From: Mobula hypostoma
Lineage: Eukaryota
Length of the DNA: 64,000 nucleotides
Direction: 5' to 3'
NCBI RefSeq assembly: GCF_963921235.1
Contig: NC_086119.1
Coordinates: 46,252,001-46,316,000, forward strand
Below the pieces are notes generated by a model. It searched no databases and was not told the DNA's origin. It saw only the letters and a program-made list of their open reading frames with translations. Both the position numbers and the translations under genes were made by a program. Shown here piece by piece: positions 35,950 to 50,030 of this stretch; within the stretch, counting starts at the first letter, position 1, and the number at the start of each line of letters is the position of its first letter.

Positions 35950-38900
35950 CACAGTGTGCAAACATACAGCTCAGGAACAAGCCCCTCGGCCCACAAAGTT
36001 GTTCCAAACCCAATAAATTAGTAATCAATTGGCCAACTAAACTAATCCCTTATGCCTAAACAACGGCCATATCCCTCCATTCTGCTCACATTCATGTTCC
36101 ATTCTAAACGTCTCCTGAAAGTCCCAAATGTATCTGCCGTTACCACCACCACAGGCAGTGTATTCAAAGAACCCACCGCTTTCTATGTAGAAAAATTACC
36201 TCTCACATCTCCTTTAAAATTACCCCTTCTCATCTCCAATGCATGACCTCTGGTATTAAACATTTCAAACCTCGGAAACGAATACTGTCTGTCTACTCTA
36301 TCTATGTCTCTCGTAATCTTATAAACCTCTATCAGATCTCCCCTCACTCTCTGCCACCCGAGAGAAAACACCCTGCCATAGTCCTCCCGGTAGAATAAAT
36401 CCCTTCAACCACCACCCTTTGTCTTCTGTGGGCAATCCTAACAGCCAATTCACCATTGAACCCATGCATCTTAATCTTCTGGATGAGAGACCTTGTCAAA
36501 TGCTTTACTAAAATCCATGTAGATAATATCCACACCTCTACCTTCATCAATCACACGCGCCACCTCATCAAAAATCTCAATCAATTTAGTAAGACACAAC
36601 TTGCCATGCTGGCTCTCCCTAATTAGGTCACAGTTTTCCAAATGCTCATAAATCCTATCCCTATGAATTCTCTCCAGCAACTTTGCTACCACTGACATCA
36701 GCTCATCAGTCTGTAGTTTCCAGGATTATCTCTGATTCCCTTCTTAGATAAATGGAATAACACTAGTTATTCACCAGTTCTCCGGGACCTTGCTTGAGGC
36801 TAGAGAGGTCACAAAGATATTGGTTAAGGCCGCAGCAATCTCTTTACTTGCCTCTCCCAATAACCTGGAGTATATCCCATAAGACCCTGGAGACATATCC
36901 TCCTCAATATTCCTTAAGATTCCCAACACTACCTTCTCCATTACTTTGAAATGCCCTAGTATATTAATATTCTCAGCCTGATCTTCCTATCCTCTATGTC
37001 CTTCTCCTTGATAAATCCTGGTCTAAAGCACTCATTAAGGATGTCATGCACATCCTTCACATCCAAGCAAATGTTCCTCCGTTTAACCTTGAGTGGTCCC
37101 ATCCTCTCCCTAGTTATTGTCATGCTCCTGATGTATATATAGAATGCCTTGGGATTCTCTTTATTCTATTTGCCAAGGATATTTCATGGCCCATACTGGC
37201 TTTCCGAATTTCCTTCTTGAGTTGTTTTCTGGTTTCTTTATAATCCTTTAGGACTCTGTTTGACTCTAACTTCCGAAGTTCTACACACCTTTTTTTGACT
37301 ACATTCATCACCTCCTTCGACATCCGGGGTTTTCTTAGCTTGCCATCTTTGTCCTTCCTTCTGACTGGAACATAGATACCTGTCCTGTGCGTTCGGTCTT
37401 TAAACACCCTCCACATGTAGGATATGGACTTGCCCAAAAACAGCTGTTCCCAATTAACTATCCTTTGTTCCTGTCTAACAATCTTGTAATTTTCTCTGAT
37501 CCAGTTTAATACTCTCCTGCAAGGTCCATTTATCCTTATCTATAGTAATGTTAAAACTTAAAGAGCTGTGGTTAATGTTCCATCACTCACTGGAAGGTCG
37601 GTCACCTGGCCAGTTCATTACCCAACACCAGGTCCAGTACAGCCCCTCCTCTTGTTGGACTAACTACATACTGTATTGATTTAAGGAACTCTCCTGGATG
37701 CACCTAACAAATTCTGCTCCATCTAAACCAGTTGTATGCAGAACGTTCCAGCTTATATTAGGGAAGTTGAAGTCCCCCTTGACGAGAACTCTATTGCTTT
37801 TACAGCTTTCCTCAATCTGCCTGCATACCTGTTTCTCAATGTCCCAGTCCCAATTCTCCTCAATGGAGAGCCTGTAGTACAATCCCATCACAGTGATTGT
37901 ACCCTTCCTATTTTTGAGTTCTACCCATGTAGACTCTGTGGAAGAACCCTCCATTATGTCCTCTCTGAGTGCACCTGTGATGTTTACCCCGATTAGTAGT
38001 GCAACTCCCCTTTCTATTTTACCTCGCTGTCTATATTTTCCTAAACATCAAAACCCTGGGACATTAAGCACCCATTCAGGGCCTTCTCACACCAAGTCTC
38101 TGTAATTGGCACAACATCATAGTTCCATGTACTTACCCATGCCCTAAGTTCATCACTGATACAACACTGAGTCGTGTCATCTGCAGAAATTCTCTGATGA
38201 CTCAGCAATAGTTGGGTGTATAAGTGGAGGATGGAAGGATGAATACAGGGCCCTGGTGGATGACTTTGTCAAATGATGCAAGCTGAATCATCTGCAGCTC
38301 ATCATTAGTAAGACAAAGGAGATGGTGATGGACTTTAGGAAGACTAAGCCTTCATTGCTGCCTGTTACTATTGATAGTGAGGGCTTGGATGTGGTGAGGA
38401 CCTACGAGTACCCAGGGGTGCACCTGGATGACAGACTTGAGTGGAGCACCAACACAGAGGCTAGGGTCAGGGCCAGAGTTGCCTCTGCTTTCTGAGGAGA
38501 CTGAGGTCCTTTGGAGTATGCAAACCTCTCCTTCACATGTTCTACCAGTTGTCGCCAGTGTAATTTTCTATATGGTGGTGTGCTGGGGCAATGGCATCAA
38601 CACGGGTGATGCCAACTGGCTCAATAAATTGATTAGAAAGGCTGGCTCTGTTATAGGAATCAAACTGGACACACTGGAGGCTGTGGTAGAACAAAGGACC
38701 CTATGGAAAATCCTGGCAATTCTGGTCAATGCTTCTCACCCTCTGAATGCCACCTTGGCTAAACAGAGGGACACTTTTAGTAATAGACTAAGACAACTGT
38801 GCTGTTACAAAGAGCACTATATGAGGTCATTCTTAACCCTCAGCCATTAGGCTCTATGATGAGTCAACCTATAGCTGGGGAAGTGATGAACTCCTCCTGT

Positions 38901-40450
38901 TAGGCTGTTTGAGGTAACGTTTTAAAAAACTTTTTCTTACTTCTCTTCTAATATTTGTATATTTGTATATCTGTGCACTTGTAATGCCACTGTGACGCTG
39001 TAATTTCCTTTGGGATCAATAAAGTATCTATCATCATCGTCATGACCACCTTTACCCATTATACTCCTAGCATTAAAATACACGCACTTCAAACTATCTG
39101 TCTTATTGTATCTATTATTTTGATCCTGTCTATTTTCACGGGCCCTGACATCTACCGTCCTCTCCACCCCTCCACTTTCTGACCTGGTGCTCTGGTTCCT
39201 CTCTCCTTGCCAAGCTAATTTAAACTCTTCCGAGAAGCACTAGCGAACCTCCCAGCCAGGATATTGGCTCCCCTCCAGTTTACGTACAAGCATTTCCTCT
39301 TGTACACGTCACCCCTGCGCCAGAAGAGTGTCCAATGGTCCAAGATCGTGCAACCCTGGCCCGTCACTCAGTCACTCATTCATCTGCATTATCATCCTAT
39401 TCCTGTCCCGACTAGCCCACGGCACCAGGAGTAATCCAGAGATGACTGCCTTGGAGGTCCTGCTCTTCAGCATCTTTCCTAACTCCCTATAATCTCTGTG
39501 CAGGACCTCTTTCCCCCTTTCTATCTATGTCATTAGTGCCAATGTGCACCATGACCTCCAGGGGCTCACCCTCACCCTTGAGAATATTCTGCAGCTGTTC
39601 CGAGACATCCTGGACCTCAGCCTTTGGGGGATAACACGCTATCCTGGCATCTCTTTCACGCCACAGAATCTCCTGCCCATTCCCTAACTATTGAGTCTCC
39701 TATCACTATCACTGTGCCTGACTTTTCCCTTTCCTGCTGAGCCTCAGAGCCAGCCACAGTGTCCCTGGACTGGTTGCTGCTGCTGTGGTTCCCTTTTAGT
39801 CACACCCCCCAGCAGTATCCAAAGGGGTATACTTGTTGCTGAGAGGAATGACCACAGGAGAACCTGTGTTACCATTGACTGCTTACCCCCCTTACTTCTG
39901 GTTGTCATCCATCTACTCTCTGAAGCCTGCGCTCTGGGTGTGGCCTTCTGAGCAGAAGTTTCATCTACAAAGTTTTCGTTCTCCCAGGGGGTCCTGAGTA
40001 CATCCAGCACCAGCTCCATTTACTTCATCTTGTTGGTCAGGAGCTGGAGATGGATACTTTCCTGCAGATATAATCATGAGGGAGATGGTCAGGCACCCCG
40101 AAAACCCACATTTCGCAGAAGAAACATTCCACTGTCTTAAGCATCCTACCTACACTGAATAGAGGACTAAAGATCTACAGACAATAAAAAAAAACTTCCC
40201 TGTCCTTACCTGTGACTTCTCTCTGAAAACTTTGTGTTTCCCATTCACCTACTGCAGGTCACTCTACTTCTTCTCGCCAAGCTTTGGCTGCAACTTCTCG
40301 AGTCCAAGTTCCACAATCAAAGAGAAATGGTAAGAAAGGGCTCAGCACCCTTAGCCTCCATCTGTTCTCACTGAAGCCTGCTGAACCAAAGCCTGCCCAC
40401 TCTAACACTGGTCCGCTCCAACAATGGCTGCTTCACTTACATCTTGGTTT
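35950..40450 (-). mobile_element. Long decayed CR1 LINE (ORF1 esterase region, ORF2 APE-RT, 3' UTR), internally deleted
   Basis: Peptides LKCVYFNARSIMGK (ORF2 start), TESTWVEL..GLYYR, KGDFNFPNISW, VDIIYMDFSKAFDKV and RGDLIEVYKI. ORF1 motifs GDSIV and HIGTNDI occur at 39520-39700. Confidence 0.85.
38156..39044 (+). mobile_element. Rex1-type LINE 3' fragment nested in CR1
   Basis: Peptides HLQKFSDDSAIVG and VVCWGNGINTGDANWLNKLIRKAGSVIG, with an AATAAA tail. It splits the CR1 MGKG/DELRAW junction. Confidence 0.88.
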
Positions 40451-40669
40451 TTTTATTGACTCAAATAAAACTCACTTACTCCCAAGGGACTTGCTCTTTT
40501 CAAATGAACCCCGCCTTGCAATGATTAGGCTCTCTGTCGCTAATTTAAATAATCATGTACACACATATGATAGGTGTGTGGATGCTTGCTTACTTACCTA
40601 ATAGGGGACAGTTAAATTGTGGAATACAACTCTTGTAGAATGTACATAAATTTATCGCAAGTAATAGTG

Positions 40670-42410
40670 CGGCTGACCAGACATGATGCCGGAGAGGTAG
40701 TAATGAGGGACAAGGAAATGGTGGACGAACTGAATAAGTACTTTGCAACAGTCTTCACTGTGGAATATGCTAGCAATATGCCAGAAGTTCGAGAGTGTCA
40801 GGGGGCAGGATTGAGTGCAGATCCTATCACTAGGGAGAACGTGCTTGGGAAACTGAAGGGTCTGAATGTAGATAAGTCACCTGGACCAGATAGAATATAC
40901 CCCAGGATTCTGAAAGAGGTAGCTGAAGAGATTGTGGAGGCATTAGTAATGATCTTTCAAGAATCAATAGATTCTGGCATGATTCTGGAGGATTGGAAAC
41001 CTGCAAATTTCACTCCAGTCTTCAAGAAGGGAAATTATAGGCCGGCTAGCTGATCTCAGTGGTTGGGAAGTTGCTAAAGTCGATTGTTAAGGATGTGGTT
41101 TTGGGATTCTGAGAGGCAAGTGATAAAATAGGCCGAAGTCACAATGGTTCTCTTAAGGGAAAATCTTGCCTGACAAATCTGTTGGATTTCTTTGAGGAAA
41201 TGATAAGCAGGATAGAGAAGGGGGCATCGGTGCATGTTGTGTACTTGGATTTTCAAAAGGCTTTTGATAAGATGCCACCCATGAGGCTGCTTAACAAGAA
41301 AAGGGCCCATGCTATTACAAGAAAAATGCTAGCAATGATAGAGCATTGGCTGAATGGCAAGAGGCAAGAAATGGGAATAAAGGGATCCTTTTCTGATTGG
41401 CTGCCAGTGACTAGTGGCCTTCTTTTTACCTTGTAAGTCAATGATTTGGACAAAGGAATTGATGGCATTTTGCCAAGCTTGCGGCTGATACGAAGGTAGG
41501 TGGATAGGTAGGTGGATGGGCAGGTAGCGCTGAGGAAGCAGGGAGAGTGCAGAAGGACCCAGACAGATTAGGAGAATGAGCAAAGAAGTGGTAGATGGAA
41601 TACAGTGTCAGGAAGTGTGCGGTCATATACTTTGGTAGAAGGAATAAAACCATAGTCTGTTTTCTAAATGGGGTGAAAATTCAAAAATCCAAAGTAGAAA
41701 GGAACTTGGGAGTTGTTGTGCAGGATAACTTGCAGCTTGAGTCAGTGGTATGGAAAGCAAATGCAGTATCAGAATTCAATTCAAGAGGACTAGAATATAA
41801 AAGCAAGGATGTAATGCCGAGGTTTATAAGGCACTGATGAAGCCTCATTTGGGATATTGTGAGAAATTTTGGGCCCCTTGTTTAAGAAAGGACGTGCTGA
41901 CATTAGAGAGGGTTCAGAGGAGGTTCACAAGGATGATTCTGGGCATGAAAATCTTATTGTATGAGGAGCATTGATGACTCTGGGCCATTACTTGCTGGAA
42001 TTTAGAAGAATTGTTGGGTGGGGGTGTGGAATCTCATTGAAACCAATCAAACATTGAAAGGCCTGGGTAGAGTGGATGTGGAGAGGATGTTTCCATTGGG
42101 GGTGGGGGATGTCTCGGACCAGAGGGCACAGCCTCAGAATTGAGAGATGTCCTTTTAGAACAGAGATGAGGAGGAATTTTTTGGCCAGAGAGTGGTGAAT
42201 CTGTGGAATTAGTTGCCATAGGCAGCTGTGGAAGCCAGATCACTGGGTGTATTTAAAGGGTAGATTGATAAGTTCTTGATTAGTCAGGATGTGAAAGACT
42301 ATGGGGAGAAAGCAGGAGAATGGGTTGAGAAGGAATTGGAACAGCCATGATGAAATGGTGGAGCAGACTCGATGGGACGAATGACCTAATTTTGCTCCTA
42401 CATCTTATGT
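40670..42410 (+). mobile_element. CR1 LINE 3' half
   Basis: Peptides LNKYFATVFT, DKSPGPDRIYPRILKE, GNYRP and VVYLDFQKAFDK, followed by a CR1 3' UTR. Confidence 0.9.
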
Positions 42411-43599
42411 TACTTCACACTCTGTTCTTATACCTTTGGAAGATTCTGGAAGCCGCAGGGCACATGTTGTTGCCACAGCCATATAGGACGTTCAAAAAAT
42501 TGAAACACTAAAAAATATTGGAAAACCAGGAATTCTGGTGTTGGCTATGTCACGACTGGGCTCCTAGCATCCGCTTAGGAGGAAGAATGCATTGGAGCTG
42601 GATTTCCTTGATCTCCCCCCCCTCCCCCACTGAGGGATTCCACCCTGCTGTTGAAATCGCCCAGGAAGATTGGCTTTTCTCCCTCCGTGAAGCTTTGATT
42701 ACAACACCTTGGCCTCAGCAGTATATCCCAGGACTGAGGACACTGATGAGGGTAGGATGCTGGTTTCATGTTAGTGCAGGACAGATATGAGACATGTCGG
42801 CTGAGTGTCTAAGATTCCACACTACCTCACCTGTCACAGAGAAGCACACGCCATTAAAATAGCCTTTCTCGTCCAGTTTCCCTTGTGGATGTGGGTATAG
42901 CCACTACCTTCTTCTTTAAGCTGGCCTTCTCCATTCTGTCGTGCCTCATGGACAGCCAAGTTTCAATGGATCTTAGTTCCCATAAAATACACTGCAAGAT
43001 GAGGCTAAACAGAGGGAATAGTTCAAGGATGCCGTTGTTCTAAGCAACCAGATCAATACAATCCCAGCTTCCATTTTAACTGGGACCTTGCAATGAAATC
43101 TCTGTGTGTGTTTTTACACTGTTCTGGTAATTCCAGCATTTATTGGGCCATCCCGAATTGCTGGGTCTAATTTCCTGAGTCAGCCAGAATAGGTGAGAAT
43201 GGTAAAGGTCCTGCTGGTGACCTTTCCAAGCCAGGTGGGAAATTGTGACTGCAGTAATTTTCCGGCAACTATTACTTCAACCAGCTTAAATCCAGACTCA
43301 CTACTTGCATTTTCCAGATGGTGTGGTGGGATTCCAATTCATGCCTATGGTTCAATAATCCAGAACTTTGGCTGTTGTTCTAAACCACTGCATCACTGTA
43401 CTCTAGGACTTCTCAGTGCTCCCTACAAAATAATGTATATAGTAATTTGTTAAGCCATCTGAGATATTACACAGCCAGCTCACTTAGAGAACAGGCTGCT
43501 CTCCAAAAACCATTTACTGCACTGGTTGGCTCCTGGTGTTGCTTTACGCTTCAGTTATAGGCCTGGGTCCGTTACTCCGATGGCAAAACTAATAGCAAA

Positions 43600-43925
43600 G
43601 CAGTGACAATGCAGTCAGGTTTTGATCCTGACCTTGTGTGGCATCTGTGTTTGAGCTTGCATGTTCGCCCTGCGACCGACCACGTGTTTCTCCCCTGGGT
43701 GCTTCAGCTTCTTTACATACCCTAAAGATGTACTGAGAGGTTCAATGGCCACTGTAAGCTCCTGCTCAGAGCTGGTTAATGGCGAAATGAATCAACGCAG
43801 AGCTGATGGGAACATGTGGGAAAGAATGAGTGGCAGACGTACAGTGGACTACAGAGAGAGAATGGGACCAATGAGATTGCCTCCCAGTGAGCTGGCATGG
43901 ACCTGATGGACCGAGTAGTCTCCTT
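43600..43925 (+). mobile_element. Decayed V-SINE-like element
   Basis: Degenerate B box (ggttttgatcc) and core gagcttgcatgttcgccctgcgacc..cgtgtttctcccctgggtgct. Confidence 0.6.
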
Positions 43926-45499
43926 ATAAGGAAGAATGTTGATGGAAATCGCACTGTATCCAATGTTATCCAACCTTAAAGTTCTCATACCTGCACAATT
44001 AAGAGATCAATGCACTGAATTAAGAAGCTGGGCTAATTCACTCCTTCCATCAAGAGGCAGGGAGTTTCAGCAAACTCTCACTTACTATGGTGTTCCACAA
44101 CAAAAAACCACCAGAGCAAGACTGATAACATCTTTAACAACATATTACAAGACCTGCGCAGCAAAGCCTTTATGTTAGACAGAGTAACAAATAATTATTA
44201 CAGATCACCTTTACAAACTGTACAATTAGATTGACACTCCCTTTAAGGCATCAGACTAGTCAATGTATTGCAAAAATTAATGATGGGTTTGTTGAGTAAA
44301 TGATTTATACAAGATTTAATTATTTTCTTCTAAGTGGCTGCCTAGTTCTCTCTTAAAATGAGGGTGCCTTTCTCCAGGTCCCTTTGATCTCTCATGATTC
44401 ATGGCATTCCCTCAGAGCTGCCTTTGTTCATGGTCTGATAACGTTAAGGTTGCCGTTGCCAAGCTATCCTCCTAAATTTATAGCTCTAACTAACCACACA
44501 ACGGGAAACCCCAGCTTTAACCTCACTAAATCCTCCTATACGGCTCTTGTCATTGAGTTAAGAGACCTCAGAACGGCGGAAAAATAAAATGCCACCACAT
44601 GACAGAGGATAGATAACGAAAGCAAGTGAACTTGAGGATAGACAGGTGTAATTAACTTGTATCCTGGGCAAGCACTCAGAAGCCAATGAAAGCCCATTTA
44701 GTCAACAGCTCACTTGTTTAGAATGTCTGATATCCATTTCAGAAGCTGGTGAACTAAGGTCAATCTCTAGGGATGCTCTCCACCCAAACATGTTTATCAT
44801 GGTTGGTTGATATTTGTCAGGAGCCCAATACAGCTCTAATGGAGGCGGGCACACGTAGAAAAAGGTAGAGGGTTTTATTGATTTACAAAGCAATGAACTA
44901 GGCTTTTCTTTGAGTAAACTTTCACAATACCTAACTAGGAGCATTTCCTCAGTGGATGCACAAGTAGAGGATTTGATAGAGTAAATAAGGAGAATTTTGT
45001 TTAGATATTCTCGTATCCTTAATGGGTTTCAGACATTGTCTCCCTGCTGATGATGCCAGCTGTGCTAAAGGCCCAAAGCTGGGAGTTTTTTTAAAATTCG
45101 GTTTTGTTTGTGGATCTGGGCATAGCCACCATTTCTTGCCCATCCCCAATGTTGGATATTATTGGTCCTGAAATGTGCCACAGGTACTTCGTTTGAAGGC
45201 AGCGTTTAGAGTGTCCAGTGGCCCCAGTCTTCATCTGGCCTGAGGTGAGAGGTGGGGAGGGACAGATGTCATGACAGAGGTGTGAGCCCAATGCTAGTCA
45301 ATGTCTTGGCTGACAGTCTGGCACTTGCTTAGAATACCAGGTGCCCAAGGAGTGCCCAACGAGAGTAACTGCTGCTCCTTGTGCTCTCTGCACAGAGAGG
45401 CGCACTTCCTGTAGACATCATAGGATTTGTATCCCTTTGAATTTCCAGAGTGAGTAGAAGTTCAGAAATTTCAGTCCACGTGAAAGTCAGCTTTTGATT

Positions 45500-45795
45500 G
45501 GGCAGCGCAGTGGATCAGCTCGTAGACCCTCTGCCTCACCACACTGCAGACCCGCATCCAATCTTGACATGAGGTGCAAATAAGCAGAGTTTGCATGTTC
45601 TTCGTGTGACTGTGTGGGTTTCTTCCTGAAGACATGCAGATTGGTAAGTTGATTGTTCACTGTAAACTGCCCCCATATATAGTTGAGCGATAGAATCCGA
45701 AAGGAGCTGAGGAGAGTGTGGGATTAATGGAGGATTAGTGAAAACGGGCACTTGATGATTAGAGGACTAGATGGGCCGAAGGGCTTGTTTCCATG
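45500..45795 (+). mobile_element. Decayed V-SINE-like element
   Basis: gggcagcgcagtggatcagc head, gagtttgcatgttcttcgtgtgactgtgtgggtttc core and CR1-like gatgggccgaagggc tail. Confidence 0.7.
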
Positions 45796-46231
45796 ACTTG
45801 TCCCTCTAGGAGCCAGGACAGAAAAAGTAACTGCATTTTGCAATTGAAATTGTAGGTAATTGTTTCCACTGGTAGGAGAGTCCATAATCAGAGGAAACAG
45901 ATTTATAGAGGAAACAGCAGGAAATTTATGACCATTTCTAGGCACTGTACATAACGAAGAACATCATTGCTTGGAGTGGAGAATACTGACTGTAAGAATA
46001 GCAGGATGATTGATTTCAGAATGGAGGTTTGACAATATTTGTCGTTACAGCAAGGAAGAGCAACAGGAGGTGTAATAGAAATGATGGAAATGGCTCTGGG
46101 TTTCAGTGGATTTACTCACTGTGAGAGATTCAAAACCAGAGGGCAGAGGTTTATGAAAATTGGTATAAAATGTTTAACAACATAGAATGCTGTGCTTGAA
46201 ACTATAATTCACAACAGATTCCGCAGTATAA

Positions 46232-47430
46232 ACACAAGGAAGTCTGCAGATGCTGGAAATCCAAAGCAACACACACAAAATACTGGAGAAACTCAGCAGG
46301 TCAGGCAGCATCTATGGAAACGAACAGTCAACCTTTCAGGATAAGGTCGTTCTTCAAGACTGAAATGGAAGGGGGAAGAGGGGAAGGGATGGAGGCAAAC
46401 TAGAAGCTGATAGGACTGGAGAAGAAGGAATTGGATAGGAGAGGAGGGTTGACCCTAGGAGAAAAGGAAAGAGGAGGGGCACCAGAGGGAGAAGAGGTAA
46501 AAGGCCAGAGTGGGGAATAGAGGAAGAGGGAGGGGGAGCGATAAAAATGACCAGAAGGGGAAATCAATATTCATGCCATCAGGTTGGAGGCTACCCAGAT
46601 GGAATATAAGGTGTTGCTCCTCCATCTTGAAGGTGGTCTCATTTTGGCACAAGAAGAGGTCATGGATCAACATGTTGGAATGGGAAAGGGAATTTGCATT
46701 AAAGTGTTTGGCCACCTGGAAGATCCACTTATGGCGGATGGAGAGGAGGTGCTTGACAAAGCAATCCCCCAATTTACAATGGGTCTCACCAATCTAGAGG
46801 AGCCCACATCGGGAGTACTGGATGTAATAGATTTCCCCAGCAGCTTTGCAGGTGAAGTGATGCCTCACCTGGAAGTTCTGTTTGGGGCCCTGAATGGAGG
46901 TGAGGGAGGAGATATATGGACAGATGCAGTGCTTACCCCTGCAGGGGTAAGTGCCTGGAGGGAGATGAGTGAGGAGGGATGTATGGACAAAGGATAAGGT
47001 ATGTTTAGTAGTAAGATGCCTTTGGAGATGGTAGAAATGATGTGTTGGATGTGGAGGCTGATGGGGTGGTAGGTAAGGAGAATAGGAACTCTGTAACTGT
47101 TAAGGCGGTGGGAAGATGGGGCGAATGCGGATGTTCAGGAAATGGAGGAGATGCAGGTGAAGGCAGCATCAATAGTGGGGGAAGGGAAACCCCATTCTTT
47201 GGAGAAGGGAGACATCTCTGATGTCCTGGAACGGAAGGTGGCATCCTGGGAACAGTTGTGAAGGAACTGAGAAAAGGGAGTAGCATTTTTACAGGAGATA
47301 GGGAGGGAAGAGGTTTAGTCAAGATAACTGTGGGAATTGGTAGGCTTATAAAAGATATTGGTTGACAGTTTGTCTCCAGAGATGGAGACACAGAGAGAGA
47401 TCAAAAAAGGGGAGAGAGATATTAGAAATA
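46232..47430 (-). mobile_element. Penelope-like element, longest copy (RT C-terminus, GIY-YIG and tail)
   Basis: The minus strand encodes SISGDKLSTNIFYKPTNSHSYLD...CKNATPFSQF and a decayed GIY-YIG. A degenerate hammerhead lies at about 46325-46362. Confidence 0.88.
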
Positions 47431-47849
47431 AATTCCTGCCTGGCACATGTGCCATCGGTTCCTTGCCAGATTAAAGGACAGAGCGAAGCCTCTTTTCACT
47501 TGTAGATTCCTTTTAAATTCTTTTGCTCCTCTTGATCTGTGGCTTCCTCTGAAATGGATGCACTCCTTGCTTTGAATTCAAGCTATGTAGAGTATACAGG
47601 GAAGTTAGAAAGAGACATGGAGACATGTGAGAACATATTTTATTGCGTATGTGCACTTATGTCGCATCTACGTACATAATGCCATCGAGATTTGTCATGG
47701 AATTTAACGCTGGTTGATGAAGGAAGACAGAACTATGGTGATAAAATGTAGCAAAAACAATCTACTGGAGGAACTCAGTGGGTTTTGTCCATTGTGTATT
47801 AGTGGGAGAAAAGGAATTGTCAATGTTTTGGATTGAAATCCTGCATCAA

Positions 47850-48198
47850 AGTTCAAATTTTATTCGAAGTTCAAAGTAAATTTATTATCAAAGTACATAT
47901 ATGGCATCGTATATAGCCCTGAGATGAATTTTTTGTGGGTATTCACAGTAGATACAAAGAAACATGATAGAATCAATGAAAAACTACACGCAAATAATAT
48001 AGACAAACAACCAACGTTCCAAAGACAGTAAATTGTGCAAGTACAAAAAGAAAAATAAAATGATAATAATAAATAAATAATAAACAACTTTGAGAACATG
48101 AATTATAGAGTCCTTGAAAGTGAATCCATAGGTTATGGAATCAGTTCAGTATCGGCTGAGGAGCCTGATGGTTGAGGGGTAATGATGGTTCCTGAACA
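47850..48198 (-). mobile_element. Rex/Babar-like 3' UTR fragment
   Basis: Reverse match to the 13200-13514 UTR with a (TTGAAC)n tail. Confidence 0.75.
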
Positions 48199-48199
48199 G

Positions 48200-49312
48200 G
48201 AAAGGTGGCGGGCAGCCTTGGAGACTCCACAAGTTGGTATAGATCAAGTCTATAACTGAAACTGGATCTTGGACTTCTTGTTGGAAAGACCCCAGACTTG
48301 GGTGGGCAGCAATATCTCAAGCTCCATCATGCTGAGCACTGGTGCCCCCCAGGACTGTGTGCTCAGCCTACTGCTTTTCAAGCTGTGACTCACAACTGCA
48401 CTGCCAGATCCAGCTCAAAATGCACTGACTATATTACAGTGGTTGGCCTCATCAGCAACAATGATGAGTTGGCTTACAAAGAGGAGGCAGAGAGGCTTGT
48501 CAAATGGTGTGAGAACAACCTGAGTATCAACATGGACAAGCCAGAAGAAATGATTGTGGTCTTTAGGAAGGTGCAGGTTGGCCACCCTCCATTGAACATC
48601 AATAGCTCTTCTACGGAGGTGGTGAAGAGCACAAGGTTTCTTGGTATGCATGTAACGGACCATCAAACCTGAACCTACAACACCTCTTCATTAGTCAAGA
48701 AGGTACAGCAGCGTTCTCACTTTCTAAAATGAGGAGATTGAAGTGTGTAGGGATCTCTGCTCCCATTCTGACAACTTTCTACCGGAGCACCATCAGGAGT
48801 GTCCTGTCTGGGTGCATCATTGTGTGGTATGAAAGCTGCAAGGCATTGGACTGCAAGACCCTCAGAGGTTAGTGAAAATGGACCAGGGGATCACCGGGGT
48901 CTTCTTCCCCCCATTTTTGACATTTACTGAGAGTGTTGTAGCATTGTTGAGGATCCCTACCACCTATCCCACTATCTCTTTGACCCACTACTAAGTAGCT
49001 TTAGGACTAGGACTGCCAGACTGGGGGTTACAGCTTCTTCACACTGGCTGTGAGACTAATGAATACTCTACCACCATCAAGATCTCATCACTAGGACAAC
49101 GAGCTGTTTACTGTCTACTTTATCTTTCACTGTTTACCTGTGCAGTGCACTACATGCATTTTGAATTATATTCTATTAACTTAATTGTGGTACTATTTTG
49201 TTTTATGTGTTGTGTATGTATAGATTTTGTTGGTGCATTGTGGTCCAGAGGAACGTTGTTTCATTTGTTTGTATAAATGTACAGTCAGATCACAATAAAC
49301 TTGAACTTGAAC
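48200..49312 (+). mobile_element. Rex1/Babar-like LINE 3' part
   Basis: Peptides [16 protein letters not shown] and ITVVGLISNNDELAYKEEAERLVKWCENNLSIN. It ends in AATAAA plus (CTTGAA)n. Confidence 0.85.
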
Positions 49313-49314
49313 TT

Positions 49315-50030
49315 CAAAGTTCAAAGTAAATTGATTATCAAAGTACATGTATGTCATCATATCCTGACAGTCATCTTCTTGCAGGCATACTCAATACATC
49401 CATTATAGAATAATAACCATAATAGAATTGATGAAAGACCACATCAACTTGGGCATTCAACCAGTGTGTAAAAGACAACCAAAAGTGCATATACAAAAAG
49501 AAAGAAATGATAATAACAAATAAATAAGCAATAAATATCAAGAATGTGAAATGGAGAGTCCTTGAAAGTGAGTCCATAGGCTGTGGGAACATTTCAATGA
49601 TGGAGCAGGTGATGTTGAATGAAGCTTTCCCCTTTGCTTCAACAGCCTGATGGTTGAGGGGTAATAACTGTTCCTGAACCTGGTGGTGAGAGTCCTAATG
49701 CTTGTATACCTTCTTCTTCATGGCAGCAGTGAGAAGAGAGCATGGCCTTTGATGATGGATGCTGCTTTCCTGTGCCGAATTGTTGAGGCCTTTACCTGTA
49801 ATGGACTGTGAGTACGAGTGAGTGCAGTTGCAGATGACATACCAAATCTTTGCACACTTCTAATAAAGAAGAGGTGCTGCTGTGTCTCTTTTGTAATGGC
49901 ACTTAAGTGCTAGACCCAGGACAGATCCTCCGAAATGAAAATATTGAAGAATTTGAAGTTACTGACCCTTTCCACCTCTCATCTCCTGATGAGGACTAGC
50001 TCATGGACCTTCAGTTTCCTCCTCCTGTTT
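49315..50030 (-). mobile_element. Rex1/Babar-like LINE 3' part
   Basis: Reverse homolog of 12700-13514. Confidence 0.8.

Noticed and set aside
42575-42769. ORF with IFLGDFNSRV motif
   Set aside because: Probably a tiny decayed RTE endonuclease scrap, too short to delimit and not a gene.
43940-45480. Apparently unique stretch examined for exons or an LTR
   Set aside because: I recognised no splice-bounded ORF, paired LTR, primer-binding site or polypurine tract. Only cross-species alignment could reveal conserved elements.
46220-47445. TSD for the longest PLE copy (and for 56683-57318)
   Set aside because: I found no convincing flanking duplication, so these copies were not counted in the 13-bp TSD set.
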